A stretch of 64,000 bases of DNA from Candidatus Saccharimonadales bacterium (GTDB lineage: Bacteria > Patescibacteriota > Saccharimonadia > Saccharimonadales > UBA10212): NCBI GenBank assembly GCA_036279215.1, contig DASUJO010000032.1:313-64312 (forward strand). Reading direction: 5' to 3'. Positions 34,890 to 44,407 of this stretch are shown in pieces. Both the position numbers and the translations under genes were made by a program. Positions within the stretch are counted from its first letter, which is position 1. Every line of letters starts with the position of its first letter. Below the pieces are notes generated by a model that was not told the origin of the DNA, did not search any database, and saw nothing but the letters and a program-made list of their open reading frames with translations.

Positions 34890-35089
34890 GAAATGTCCTC
34901 CTTGGCAAGCTGCTCGCCCAATATCGTTAGTACCCTGGCCAGATCTTTTCGCTTGGACCTCAGGATGCGCACGTTTTGGACTTCGCCGCTGTAAAGCCGG
35001 CGGCGCATCTCGGCGATTTCTTCTCGCAGGCGCGTTTGCTCTTTGGTTAGCTCGGCGGTTGATAATTTACGGATATCGGCAACTTTCAT
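34886..35089 (-). CDS. rpmC: 50S ribosomal protein uL29
   Basis: [28 protein letters not shown] 35089 lies 1 nt after the rplP stop. Confidence 0.93.
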   Translation of the reverse strand: MKVADIRKLSTAELTKEQTRLREEIAEMRRRLYSGEVQNVRILRSKRKDLARVLTILGEQLAKEDIS

Positions 35090-35090
35090 C

Positions 35091-35507
35091 TTATTGTTCC
35101 TTCTTGACCAGAAAAGCCGTCTTAACCGGAAGTTTATGGCCGGCCAGCCGCATAGCCTCGCGGGCCACGTCTTCAGCCACGCCGTCCATTTCAAACATCA
35201 CGCTGCCAGGTTTAACTTTGGCGACAAAATACTCTGGATTTCCTTTGCCGCTGCCCATTTTTACATCCAATGGCTTCTTAGTTACAGGGGTGTGCGGGAA
35301 TATACGAATCCAAATCTGGCCGCCGCGCTTGATATAACGCGTCATGGCTTGGCGGGCTGCTTCAATCTGGCGGGCGTTTATCCGCATAGCTTCCTGGCTG
35401 ACTAGCCCGTAAGAACCGTATGCTAGGTCGTTCAGCGAAGTCGCCACGCCGCCGTGAATGCGGCCTTTGCGTACTTTGCGGTATTTAGTTCGGCTGGGCA
35501 TTAACAT
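35091..35507 (-). CDS. rplP: 50S ribosomal protein uL16
   Basis: [16 protein letters not shown]. Confidence 0.96.
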   Translation of the reverse strand: MLMPSRTKYRKVRKGRIHGGVATSLNDLAYGSYGLVSQEAMRINARQIEAARQAMTRYIKRGGQIWIRIFPHTPVTKKPLDVKMGSGKGNPEYFVAKVKPGSVMFEMDGVAEDVAREAMRLAGHKLPVKTAFLVKKEQ

Positions 35508-35510
35508 TTT

Positions 35511-36140
35511 TTATGCCTCCCCCCGGTAAATCCATACCTTTACGCCGATGATTCCGGCGCCCGGATAAAGCGCTCGGGCGCTGGCGTAATCTACATCCGC
35601 CCTAAGAGTGGTCAAAGGCACGCTGCCCTGTACTTCTTTTTCGCGGCGGCTCATCTCATTACCGCCAAGACGGCCAGCCAGCTCAATCCGTACCCCTTTG
35701 GCGCCGGACCTCATAGCAGAAGATGCCGCTTGTTTCATAGCTCGCCTAAATGCAATGCGCTTTTCCAGCTGATGGGCGATGTTCTCGGCAACCAGCTTCG
35801 CTTGCAGTTCGGCCCGCTTGATTTCTTCGATATTAACTCTTACCGGAACGCCGTAAAGCTTTTCGATTGCATCCTTCAATTCACTGGCGCCGGTACCGCC
35901 TCGCCCGATAACCACGCCGGCTTTGGCCGTCTGGATAATAATGGTTACCAAGTTTGGCGAACGCTCAATATCAACCTTATTAATAGCTGCCCTTGAGCCG
36001 AGCTTATCGTCAATAAGTTTGCGGGCCGCCAAATCCTGCTTAAGGAAGTTGGCATAGTCTTTTTTTCCGGCAAACCACTTACTGCGCCAGTCTTTGCTGA
36101 CTTGCAGCCGCAAGCTGATTGGATTTACTTTTTGCCCCAT
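35511..36140 (-). CDS. rpsC: 30S ribosomal protein uS3
   Basis: MGQKVNPISLRL, plus a KH domain. Confidence 0.96.
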   Translation of the reverse strand: MGQKVNPISLRLQVSKDWRSKWFAGKKDYANFLKQDLAARKLIDDKLGSRAAINKVDIERSPNLVTIIIQTAKAGVVIGRGGTGASELKDAIEKLYGVPVRVNIEEIKRAELQAKLVAENIAHQLEKRIAFRRAMKQAASSAMRSGAKGVRIELAGRLGGNEMSRREKEVQGSVPLTTLRADVDYASARALYPGAGIIGVKVWIYRGEA

Positions 36141-36526
36141 TACTTTTTCTCCTCGGTTGTCTTAGGGGTTGCCGTTGGTTTTTTGGCTGCCCGCTTATCA
36201 CCGTCTACAACTACTTTAATATGGCTGGTTTTGCGTTCGTAGCGCAACGCCCGCCCTCTGGCAGCCGCGCGGTAGCGCCTGTAGCGCGGACCGGCTGTAA
36301 CTGTTACTTCGCTGATAATTAAAGAATCCGGCTTGTAACTGTGGTTGTGCTCAGCATTGGCTTTAGCGCTCAAAAGAGTTTTCCTGACTGCCCCGGCGGA
36401 ACGCCGCGGAGTATGCTCTAAGATTGCCAGGGCGTCGTCAACCCGGCGGCCGCGCACCAATGAGGCAACTACGCTCACCTTTCGCGGGCTCATCCTAACG
36501 CTTCTGGTTATTGCTTCGGCTGGCAT
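36140..36526 (-). CDS. rplV: 50S ribosomal protein uL22
   Basis: VRMSPRKVSVVASLVRGRRVDDALAILEHTP. Confidence 0.95.
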   Translation of the reverse strand: MPAEAITRSVRMSPRKVSVVASLVRGRRVDDALAILEHTPRRSAGAVRKTLLSAKANAEHNHSYKPDSLIISEVTVTAGPRYRRYRAAARGRALRYERKTSHIKVVVDGDKRAAKKPTATPKTTEEKK

Positions 36527-36529
36527 AAA

Positions 36530-36814
36530 CTAACCTGCTCCTTCCTGGGATTTTGCCAGTTTGCCGCCGTGGCCGCGGAACTTGCGCGTAGGGGCAAATT
36601 CGCCGAGTTTATGGCCTACCATATCTTCAGTTACAAATACCGGTACATGGACTTTGCCGTTATGGACCGCGAACGTCTTGCCGACAAATTCCGGCGGAAT
36701 GGTTGACGCCCTTGCCCACGTTTTGATTGTCGAGCGGTCATCTGCGCCCAGAGTGGCGACTTTCTTTGCCAGCTTTGGATCGACGAACGGTCCTTTTTTA
36801 AGGCTGCGGCTCAT
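36530..36814 (-). CDS. rpsS: 30S ribosomal protein uS19
   Basis: [15 protein letters not shown] 36814 has SD GAGGAG and lies 1 nt after the rplB stop. Confidence 0.95.
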   Translation of the reverse strand: MSRSLKKGPFVDPKLAKKVATLGADDRSTIKTWARASTIPPEFVGKTFAVHNGKVHVPVFVTEDMVGHKLGEFAPTRKFRGHGGKLAKSQEGAG

Positions 36815-36815
36815 A

Positions 36816-37649
36816 TTATCTCCTCTTTCCCTTATGCCGTGAGCGGGCAATGAATTTATCAGTCGAGTGCCGTCGGCGCGTCTTATAACCTAGCGTCCGC
36901 TGACCCCAAGGTGTCCGCGGGTCGGAACCACCCTTGCCTTTACCTTCGCCGCCGCCGTGCGGATGGCTTGCGGCATTCATGACAACGCCGCGAACAGTCG
37001 GCCTGATGCCAAGCCGGCGGCGGCGGCCGGCTTTGCCGTATTTAATATTCTGGTGCTGTTCATTGCCTACGCTGCCAATAGTAGCCATCGCATCGACGCT
37101 GACCAAGCGGATTTCGCCGCTGGGCAGGCGCAGCTGCGCCATTTTCTCGTCTTTGCCAACTAGAGTAGCGCTGCTTCCGGCAGTACGGGCCAGCTGAGCG
37201 CCCCGGCCCGGCTGAAGTTCAATCGCGTGCACAGCTGTGCCCGCCGGTATATTCTTTAGCGGCAGGCGGTTGCCTTTCTCGATTGGCGCTTCCTCATTGA
37301 CCGTCAACTTGCTTCCAGGTTTCATGCCTTTAGTGGCCAAAATATATCGGTAAGTTCCATTATGGTCTTTAATCAACGCGATCCGGGCACTGCGGTTAGG
37401 ATCGTATTCGATAGATTCCACTTTGGCTTCGGTGCCGGGCGGCAGTTTAAAGTCAACGACGCGGTAGAACCGCCTTGCGCCGCCGCCGCGGTGGCGGGTA
37501 GTTATACGGCCGGTATTATTCCGCCCGACATGGCCACTTTTTACCCGCAGCAGGCGCTTCATCGGTTTCTTTGACGTTATTTCGGCAAAGTCCTGCGACG
37601 TCATGCCGCGGCGCCCGGCGGTTGTCGGGTTGTGCAGTTTAACGGGCAT
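36816..37649 (-). CDS. rplB: 50S ribosomal protein uL2
   Basis: [16 protein letters not shown]...[14 protein letters not shown]. Confidence 0.96.
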   Translation of the reverse strand: MPVKLHNPTTAGRRGMTSQDFAEITSKKPMKRLLRVKSGHVGRNNTGRITTRHRGGGARRFYRVVDFKLPPGTEAKVESIEYDPNRSARIALIKDHNGTYRYILATKGMKPGSKLTVNEEAPIEKGNRLPLKNIPAGTAVHAIELQPGRGAQLARTAGSSATLVGKDEKMAQLRLPSGEIRLVSVDAMATIGSVGNEQHQNIKYGKAGRRRRLGIRPTVRGVVMNAASHPHGGGEGKGKGGSDPRTPWGQRTLGYKTRRRHSTDKFIARSRHKGKRR

Positions 37650-37984
37650 TATTTATTCTCCTTTTTGGACTTGCTGTCTTCGTTTACAGCCGCGAAAATC
37701 GGCAGCTTGTCGCCCTCTTTCAGCCGCACGTAAGCTTTGCGTATCGGCGCGGTCTTGCCTCGCAATACAACGCGGCCGCCGCGGCGGTATGTACGCCGGT
37801 TTTTTGATGGCTGGGCGGTTATTCGGACCGATTCCACGGCTACTCCGTATTGGACCGCTACCGCTTTGGCTATATCAAGCCGGCTTACGCCAGCTTGAAC
37901 AACGAAGGTATAAGTATTGCGGTCTTCGCTGAGCGCGTAGGCTTTTTCAGTAAGCCTCGGCTTAATGGCAATAGTCTTATGCAT
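37649..37984 (-). CDS. rplW: 50S ribosomal protein uL23
   Basis: L23-like sequence in the L4-L23-L2 order. Confidence 0.92.
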   Translation of the reverse strand: MHKTIAIKPRLTEKAYALSEDRNTYTFVVQAGVSRLDIAKAVAVQYGVAVESVRITAQPSKNRRTYRRGGRVVLRGKTAPIRKAYVRLKEGDKLPIFAAVNEDSKSKKENK

Positions 37985-38627
37985 TGCCAGCCCCTTTATC
38001 TGACAGCCATCCGTTAATAACTTCTAAAGATTTTTTTGTAATTACAATGGAATCGGCATTCATAATGTCAAAAACGTTCAGATAATTTGCACTTACAACC
38101 GAGCAGCCTGATAAGTTGGCGGTAGCTCTTTCCAGCAATCTTTCTTTTTGGTCGACCACTAAAAGCGTCCTGCTGCCGCATTTAAGCTTAGCAAGAAGCC
38201 CGGCGGCAGATTTGGCTTTGCCGTCGGCGACAACTAAGCTGTCAATCAGCTTAATCCGGCCATCGTCGGCTGCCATCGACAGCGCTTGGCGAAGCGCCAG
38301 CCGTTTGGACCTGGTAGTCAGGCGCTTTGTATAATTCTCGTCGCCTGTTGGCCCAAAAGCCACGCCGCCGCCGGTCCAAAGCGGATTTCTCGATGAACCA
38401 ACCCGCGCCCGGCCGGTGCCTTTTTGGCGCCAGGGTTTGGCGCCGCCGCCGCGAACTTGCCCGCGCTTTTTAGCCTTAGCCAAATTGGTTCGGCCGTTGG
38501 CAAGATATGCCAAGTAGGCTTCTTTAAGCAGGCCGTGGTCATCGACTTTCAAGCCGAATACCGATTTATCCAGCTTTATTGGCGCCGAAGCTTTGGCGCC
38601 GGCTTTAGTAAATGACTCGACAGCCAT
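37977..38627 (-). CDS. rplD: 50S ribosomal protein uL4
   Basis: [35 protein letters not shown]. Confidence 0.95.
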   Translation of the reverse strand: MAVESFTKAGAKASAPIKLDKSVFGLKVDDHGLLKEAYLAYLANGRTNLAKAKKRGQVRGGGAKPWRQKGTGRARVGSSRNPLWTGGGVAFGPTGDENYTKRLTTRSKRLALRQALSMAADDGRIKLIDSLVVADGKAKSAAGLLAKLKCGSRTLLVVDQKERLLERATANLSGCSVVSANYLNVFDIMNADSIVITKKSLEVINGWLSDKGAGNA

Positions 38628-39241
38628 TATTTAGCCCCCTTCAATAAAACCAGGCCCTTTTTAGGGCCCGGAACCGCACCGGCAACGCCGATTACACTGT
38701 TATCCAGGTCAATGAGAGCAATCTTTAAATTCTTGGTTGTAACCTGGCTGTGTCCGCTATGCCCGGCCATCTTCTTGCCGGGGAAAATCCTCTGGGGATA
38801 CATAGAGCCGATGGAACCCGGCCGTCGGTAGCTTTGGCCGCCATGGCTCTTCGGCCCACGGTGAAAACGGTGCCTCTTGATGGTTCCTGTAAAGCCCTTG
38901 CCTTTGCTTATGCCGGTTGCGCTTACAATGTCTCCAATTTCAAAAATGTCGGCGCTTAAGGAGTCGCCGACATTCAGCTCAGTTGCGTTTTCGCCGTTAA
39001 TGCGGAATTCTCGGTACGTACTTGGGCTGGCCTTTGATGGTTTGTTGTGGCCGGCTTGGGCTTTGGCCGGCTTGGGGCGGCTGCCGTTGCCCAGTTGTAC
39101 GGCTTCGTAGCCGTCGTTTTCCTGGTTTTTTATTTGAGTAACGGTGTTAGGCGGAGCGGCTAACAAAGTCACTGCAATAGCAATCCCATCCTCGCTGAGG
39201 ATGTTGGTCATACCGATTTTTCGGGTGATAAGGGCTTTCAC
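38627..39241 (-). CDS. rplC: 50S ribosomal protein uL3
   Basis: GTG start. MKALITRKIGMT...GKGFTGTIKRHRF. Confidence 0.95.
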   Translation of the reverse strand: MKALITRKIGMTNILSEDGIAIAVTLLAAPPNTVTQIKNQENDGYEAVQLGNGSRPKPAKAQAGHNKPSKASPSTYREFRINGENATELNVGDSLSADIFEIGDIVSATGISKGKGFTGTIKRHRFHRGPKSHGGQSYRRPGSIGSMYPQRIFPGKKMAGHSGHSQVTTKNLKIALIDLDNSVIGVAGAVPGPKKGLVLLKGAK

Positions 39242-39370
39242 CTGTACTTCCTGCTTTGCTATTTATGACTTGTATTAATCTCATATAAACAATATGAATA
39301 GATACCCGGTTTCCCTGTATCCGTAACAGGTTAGCACATAATGACTATAAGTGTCAATCTGATGTAAATA

Positions 39371-39541
39371 TTACTTTCCCTTTTTGTAAGGGCTGTCGCA
39401 AACTTTGACTGTTTCGCATGTCAGCTGGACAACTTTAGGCCCTAAGCAATCTTCAATCAGCTTTTCAAAATCAGCACCGGTTATAACTTTAGCAACCGGG
39501 CATTCGGCGCATCTGTCCGGAATTGTTTTCTCTGGGCTCAC
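39371..39541 (-). CDS. Candidate small Cys-rich protein (56 aa) between rpsJ and rplC; not in ORF track
   Basis: My translation is (GTG)[55 protein letters not shown]. The GTG overlaps the rpsJ stop in the sequence ATGTGA (a 4-nt GTGA overlap). Confidence 0.45.
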   Translation of the reverse strand: MSPEKTIPDRCAECPVAKVITGADFEKLIEDCLGPKVVQLTCETVKVCDSPYKKGK

Positions 39542-39891
39542 ATTTTTATTTCGGCGTCGCAGCCGGCTGGCAGAGAGAGGTTCATCAGAGCGTCCACTGT
39601 TTTAGGCGTCGGGTCGGTTATATCGATTAGCCGCTTGTGCACGCGCATTTCAAACTGTTCGCGGCCTTTCTTATAAACATGCGGGCTTTTGACTACAGTG
39701 TAAACGCTCTTTTTTATAGGCAGCGGTATGGGCCCCGATATATTCGCCCCTGTGCGAAGCGCGGTTTCGACAATCTGTTTGGCGGACTGGTCTATCACTT
39801 TATGGTCGTAAGCCTTGAGCCTGATCCTGATTCGGGGCTTGGTGTCTGATCCTTCGGGCTTGGTTTTGGTGGTTTTTTTAGCTTCAGCCAT
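39538..39891 (-). CDS. rpsJ: 30S ribosomal protein uS10
   Basis: [28 protein letters not shown] 39891 (GTG 39894 is an alternative). ~20-aa basic N-terminal extension. Confidence 0.95.
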   Translation of the reverse strand: MAEAKKTTKTKPEGSDTKPRIRIRLKAYDHKVIDQSAKQIVETALRTGANISGPIPLPIKKSVYTVVKSPHVYKKGREQFEMRVHKRLIDITDPTPKTVDALMNLSLPAGCDAEIKM

Positions 39892-40055
39892 CACGATTCC
39901 CCTAAGATGATCCTTGGCGGCAGCGGACGGTCGCTTTGGTCCGCGGCGTCTTGCTCAAGCTCGGCCAATAGATCATCTGAAGTCGTTTGAAATTCCGGAT
40001 TTAGAATCTTGGGCTTTTCGTCCGGCAGTTCGAAGTTAGGCAATTCAGGGCCCAT
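39891..40055 (-). CDS. Candidate small acidic/proline-rich protein (54 aa) exactly filling the tuf-rpsJ gap; not in ORF track
   Basis: My translation is [54 protein letters not shown]. Its ATG overlaps the tuf TAA (TAATG) and its TGA overlaps the rpsJ ATG (TGATG). Confidence 0.5.
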   Translation of the reverse strand: MGPELPNFELPDEKPKILNPEFQTTSDDLLAELEQDAADQSDRPLPPRIILGES

Positions 40056-41236
40056 TATTTCTCAATCTTGGTAACCACGCCGGCGCCGACTGTGCGCCCG
40101 CCTTCGCGTATAGCGAATCGCAGGCCTTGTTCCATAGCGATGGGCTGGAGCAGTTTTACTTTGAAAGTAATGGTGTCGCCGGGCATGACCATCTCTTTGT
40201 CGGCTGGCAATTCCACTTCGCCGGTCACGTCAGTAGTCCGGAAGTAAAATTGCGGTTTGTATCCTTTGAAGAACGGGGTGTGGCGTCCGCCTTCCTCTTT
40301 TGTAAGGATGTATACTTCACTTTCAAAGTCAGTGTGAGGAGTAATCGAGCCTGGCTTTGCCAATACCTGGCCGCGTTCAATTTCGTCGCGCTCAACGCCG
40401 CGCAACAGTACGCCGACGTTGTCGCCGGCTTGTCCCTGGTCGAGGTTCTTCTTGAACATCTCGACGCCGGTAACAACTGTTTTCTTGGTAGGCTTCAGAC
40501 CAACGATTTCTACTTCTTCGTTTACTTTAACTATACCGGTTTCAACCCGTCCGGTTGCAACTGTGCCGCGGCCTTTGATAGAGAATACGTCTTCAACGGC
40601 CAGCAGGAACGGCTTGTCCAGGTCGCGCTTGGGCTCGGGAATAGACTCGTCCATCGCTTTCAGCAGTTCCATTACGGCGTCTTCCGACTCCTTGTCGCCT
40701 TCCAGCGCTTTGGTGGCAGAGCCTTTGATTATCGGGGCGTTCTCGTCAAATTCGTATTTTTTAAGCAGATCGCGGACATCGGCTTCTACCAGCTCAACCA
40801 GTTCTGGGTCGGCCAGATCCATCTTATTCAGGAAAACAATAATATATGGTACGCCTACCTGGCGCGCTAAAAGAACATGCTCGCGCGTCTGAGGCATCGG
40901 CCCATCGGCGGCAGAAACGACCAAAATAGCACCGTCTACCTGGGCAGCGCCGGTGATCATGTTCTTCACATAGTCGGCGTGGCCCGGCATGTCGATGTGG
41001 GCATAATGGCGCTTATCCGTCTCGTACTCCTGGTGCGATACGGCAATAGTAATTCCACGCTCTTTCTCTTCGGGTGCTTTGTCTATCTCTTCGAATTTAA
41101 CCGGTTTATTGATATCGCTTGGCAGCCTCTTGGAAAGCACATTGGTAATTGCCGAGGTTAAAGTAGTTTTACCGTGGTCAACATGCCCCATAGTGCCTAC
41201 GTTGAGGTGCGGCTTGGTTCGATCAAAATCTGCCAT
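40055..41236 (-). CDS. tuf: Elongation factor Tu
   Basis: [18 protein letters not shown] and NKMD. 393 aa. SD GGAG upstream. Confidence 0.98.
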   Translation of the reverse strand: MADFDRTKPHLNVGTMGHVDHGKTTLTSAITNVLSKRLPSDINKPVKFEEIDKAPEEKERGITIAVSHQEYETDKRHYAHIDMPGHADYVKNMITGAAQVDGAILVVSAADGPMPQTREHVLLARQVGVPYIIVFLNKMDLADPELVELVEADVRDLLKKYEFDENAPIIKGSATKALEGDKESEDAVMELLKAMDESIPEPKRDLDKPFLLAVEDVFSIKGRGTVATGRVETGIVKVNEEVEIVGLKPTKKTVVTGVEMFKKNLDQGQAGDNVGVLLRGVERDEIERGQVLAKPGSITPHTDFESEVYILTKEEGGRHTPFFKGYKPQFYFRTTDVTGEVELPADKEMVMPGDTITFKVKLLQPIAMEQGLRFAIREGGRTVGAGVVTKIEK

Positions 41237-41310
41237 TTTTTCTCCTTATAGTTTAGCTTTAGCAATAAATTAGCATGAGTAATAAATACCACCCACGCGA
41301 GCTAGCGCAC

Positions 41311-41340
41311 ATTATAGGGTAAGAACAGGCAGTTTGTAAA
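41311..41340 (-). promoter_or_regulatory. Sigma70-type promoter for tuf and the downstream S10 operon
   Basis: Minus strand reads TTTACA (41340..41335), N18, TATAAT (41316..41311), about 75 nt upstream of the tuf ATG. Confidence 0.55.
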
Positions 41341-41350
41341 GGGTTTTGAG

Positions 41351-41656
41351 TTATTCCTGGCTTTGCTCAGCCAAGGATACAAGATATTCAAAACTTTCGA
41401 TGTCCTGTTCTACTATCCTCGGGTCAAATACCGGTTCTTCAGCACCATCTGTACTGCCGCTGATCTGAACGATATCAAGTTTATCGCCGTCACGGTAAAT
41501 ACCGGTTTTTACACCGTCTTTAAACCGGTATATGAAACCTTTGAGATCACCTTCATAGTCATGTACGTATTTAACGATTACACCAGCCGCTACCGCCGCA
41601 GAGCCGGCAATCAGAACCCTTTTCAGCCTGTCTTTATGCTCATTCGATAGTTCCAC
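41351..41656 (-). CDS. Hypothetical small protein with one predicted TM helix
   Basis: 101-aa ORF overlapping the GT4 stop by 17 nt. Hydrophobic segment VLIAGSAAVAAGVIV. No family recognised. Confidence 0.5.
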   Translation of the reverse strand: MELSNEHKDRLKRVLIAGSAAVAAGVIVKYVHDYEGDLKGFIYRFKDGVKTGIYRDGDKLDIVQISGSTDGAEEPVFDPRIVEQDIESFEYLVSLAEQSQE

Positions 41657-42827
41657 GATGTTTTCTCCCTTTGGATATTTTCATTTTCTGCTGTAGCTGC
41701 CGTCGCCGGATATCGCGCGACCAGACACTTTCCAGCTCTCGTTTACTTTGTTGCGTAAGCTGGTTAATCCTTTCCTGCTCGCGCTCTTTTATTCTAAATA
41801 TTTTAGTGACTTTTTTGTATGCCCGCAGATATTGCTTACTCATTACCTGGTAGTTAAACAGCCTCCTGGCGCGGCGGGCGATATATTCGCGGTCCATTGA
41901 GAATAACTCATCCATCTGGTGATAACCCTCGACAAAATCTTCTACCAACAATCCTGTTCTGCCTTCTTCGATAAGTTCTGGCATTGAGCCCCGGGCGATA
42001 GCCATCGTCGGCGTTCCGCAGTATGCCGCCTCAAGAACGGTAAGGCCGAATGGTTCGCGGAAACCGGTGGGGTGCAGATTCAGCTTAGAGTGGCTTAACA
42101 AGTTCGCCGTCTGCTTTTTATCTATTTCACCTAGGTATTCAACCAGCGGGTGTTTGAGATATTTTTTAACCTCGGTCTTGAAATAATCGTCGCCCAGAAA
42201 ATCTATTTTACCGGCCAGTTTTATTTTGATACCGTAGCTGATAGCCAGCTCAATCGCCAGGTGCGGATTTTTTTCGCGATCAAACCGGCCAATAAAGCAG
42301 ACGTAATCTTTAGGCCGCTTGATAACCGGAAATTCTTTAGGGTCTTCGCCGTTATATACCGCTCCGACCCACTGCAGCTTTGGGTAAGCTTCCTGCTGGT
42401 TCTTAGAAATGGATGCGAAATACAGATTTTTCCTTTTGGCGTAGTATTCAAGCTGCTCAAAGATTATCGGTCCGTGGATTGTGGTAAGATTCGGAAAATT
42501 TTCGAATTTCCCAAGGTCGAAGCCGTGCGAATGGATGATATCGACCCCAGGCAATATATCTTTAAGTTTTTTAATCGTACCCTTGTTTATGCGGTCTATT
42601 TCCCTTTCAAAGGCCGGCAAGCCGGACTTCTTACGTGGGAAAAATATGCTGTGCTCCACAGTCGGTATAACTTCGCACCCTGGCTTTGAATCGCCCGGGC
42701 CTAGCAGAATTGGCTCATGGCCCCTTTCTTTGAGGCCTTTTATCAAATAAGCGATTACCCTTTCAGTGCCGCCGTACTTTAGCGGCGGCACAGGAACATA
42801 AGGGTTTGCTACTAATACTACCTTCAT
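41640..42827 (-). CDS. Glycosyltransferase family 4 (GT-B fold)
   Basis: MKVVLVANPYVPVPPLKYGGTERV and FREPFGLTVLEAAYCGTPTMA (E-x7-E region). Confidence 0.85.
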   Translation of the reverse strand: MKVVLVANPYVPVPPLKYGGTERVIAYLIKGLKERGHEPILLGPGDSKPGCEVIPTVEHSIFFPRKKSGLPAFEREIDRINKGTIKKLKDILPGVDIIHSHGFDLGKFENFPNLTTIHGPIIFEQLEYYAKRKNLYFASISKNQQEAYPKLQWVGAVYNGEDPKEFPVIKRPKDYVCFIGRFDREKNPHLAIELAISYGIKIKLAGKIDFLGDDYFKTEVKKYLKHPLVEYLGEIDKKQTANLLSHSKLNLHPTGFREPFGLTVLEAAYCGTPTMAIARGSMPELIEEGRTGLLVEDFVEGYHQMDELFSMDREYIARRARRLFNYQVMSKQYLRAYKKVTKIFRIKEREQERINQLTQQSKRELESVWSRDIRRRQLQQKMKISKGRKHRGTIE

Positions 42828-42830
42828 GGA

Positions 42831-44363
42831 TTATGAAATATCTTTAGTTACCTGGTAAGGATAATCGGGATAGCGGGCGTTAAGCGAGTAGCTGGTCTTG
42901 AACCGCGCTACTATGGGAATATGCGCCAGAACTTCTGTTTCAACGGCATCCTGCCACGGTGATTTGCTGTATTTGCCGACTTTAATCCCCGGCCGACGAT
43001 TGGCGGAGATTGCCGTCACAGCCGATACGGTCCAAGCTTGGATGTTCTCGGGTACATTAGTACTTTTTATTTGGATAGCGTGCGTGTGGCGATGCGCGCG
43101 CGATGACGAGCCAAGTACCCGGCCGCGGGCATCTACATACAAAAATTCCGGGTATCCGCGGCTTTTTCGTACTACATTTAGCAAGCGGTTTTCCAGCTGG
43201 GCGCACAGCTCGGGGAAGCCTTGCCTGCGCAGTCCCTTGGCGATGTCGTAGGTTTCTTTAGGCCAGCTGACATACGACCCGTGGTAATCCCAAAAAGGTA
43301 TAAGGCGGTCTTCGGAAAGCGCCCGGCTGCGGATACCGGCATCGGTTAAAAAATCCAAGCCCATAATATTGCGTACTATATCGCCAACATATTCTATCTT
43401 ATCTGCCTCCGGTAATTCGTCAAAGAATCCGCTATTTAGCAGAGACGCCGGATTGGCGGTGGTCGTTTCAATAATCCGGAGCTTGCCGTTCTGGTCATAA
43501 TCGGCGCCCAAGGCAAAATATTTTTTCGAGCCAATCCACAGCAGTTCAATGGTCCTGTTACGCAGTTTAAATGCTTGTTTTTTAAGTTCGGCAGCCCTTT
43601 CTGGCATCAAATGCGACGCGCCAATCAGAGCATCGTATGCCAAGCCCTGGACTTCGATGGATGCTACCGGCCGCTCATGGTTGACAGAGCGCCCATTCTT
43701 GTGGATATAGAATTCATTAGAATCTTTCCATGCCTGGTTTTTAATTCCGTCGTCATTGTGGGCGCGGTATTCTAACAGGCCGCTTTTTGATTTGGAAATT
43801 TTATCCTCAAGCCACTTAAGTGAGTCTTCTAATACATCCTCCATTGAAACTAGGTTGCCGTCGCGGCGTTTTATGTTTTGATTAAGAATGCTTGTTCCGT
43901 AAAAATGGCAGTATTCACTGAGCGTACGGATAAAAAACGGCGTGGCATCTACCGAGCCGAAATAGACCAGCCGCTGGCCGTCGCCGCCCCATCTTTTACT
44001 AAGGTTTACAAAAATCTCTTTCTGCTTGCCGCTTAGCGGTTTGCCGTCGACTACCTTTGACCGGTATTCATGAACAATCTTCCCCGGTTCTTCTTCGTTT
44101 GCGCTGCGGTGCTCCAGCCCTTGAAGCCGCGCTAAAGTCACCAGTATACGCTTAACCAGCGCCGGTTTGAGCGTCATTAAGTCTTCCGCCACCACTAATG
44201 AATCGCGGCCGAATACCGCGCCTTTGAACAAAGTATCCGAACTGGCATATACTCCAAGCCCGCTTTTAGATGTTACGCTCCTAAGCGCGAAGCTTGGCGA
44301 AATCATCAGTTTAGGCTTTCTGACTAACTGCCCGAGAGCCTTATTTAAAATAACTTTCACCAT
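42831..44363 (-). CDS. Amylo-alpha-1,6-glucosidase-like (GDE_C type, alpha/alpha-6 barrel) glycoside hydrolase
   Basis: AVFGRDSLV, EEPGKIVHEYR, YFGSVDATPFF, NQAWKDS and IEVQGLAYDAL are patterns typical of the bacterial/archaeal debranching-enzyme-like family. Confidence 0.75.
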   Translation of the reverse strand: MVKVILNKALGQLVRKPKLMISPSFALRSVTSKSGLGVYASSDTLFKGAVFGRDSLVVAEDLMTLKPALVKRILVTLARLQGLEHRSANEEEPGKIVHEYRSKVVDGKPLSGKQKEIFVNLSKRWGGDGQRLVYFGSVDATPFFIRTLSEYCHFYGTSILNQNIKRRDGNLVSMEDVLEDSLKWLEDKISKSKSGLLEYRAHNDDGIKNQAWKDSNEFYIHKNGRSVNHERPVASIEVQGLAYDALIGASHLMPERAAELKKQAFKLRNRTIELLWIGSKKYFALGADYDQNGKLRIIETTTANPASLLNSGFFDELPEADKIEYVGDIVRNIMGLDFLTDAGIRSRALSEDRLIPFWDYHGSYVSWPKETYDIAKGLRRQGFPELCAQLENRLLNVVRKSRGYPEFLYVDARGRVLGSSSRAHRHTHAIQIKSTNVPENIQAWTVSAVTAISANRRPGIKVGKYSKSPWQDAVETEVLAHIPIVARFKTSYSLNARYPDYPYQVTKDIS

Positions 44364-44407
44364 CTTGCCAATTCAGGATACCGCAAACAAGTAATTGTTG
44401 TCAGTAT

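Noticed and set aside
39405-39605. 66-aa plus-strand ORF in the rpsJ-rplC gap
   Set aside because: It runs antisense into rpsJ. The minus-strand 56-aa ORF coupled to the rpsJ stop explains the region better.
40127-40870. 247-aa plus-strand ORF (and 40419..40892) opposite tuf
   Set aside because: Antisense shadow ORFs inside an unmistakable EF-Tu gene. The translations are low-complexity and have no motifs.
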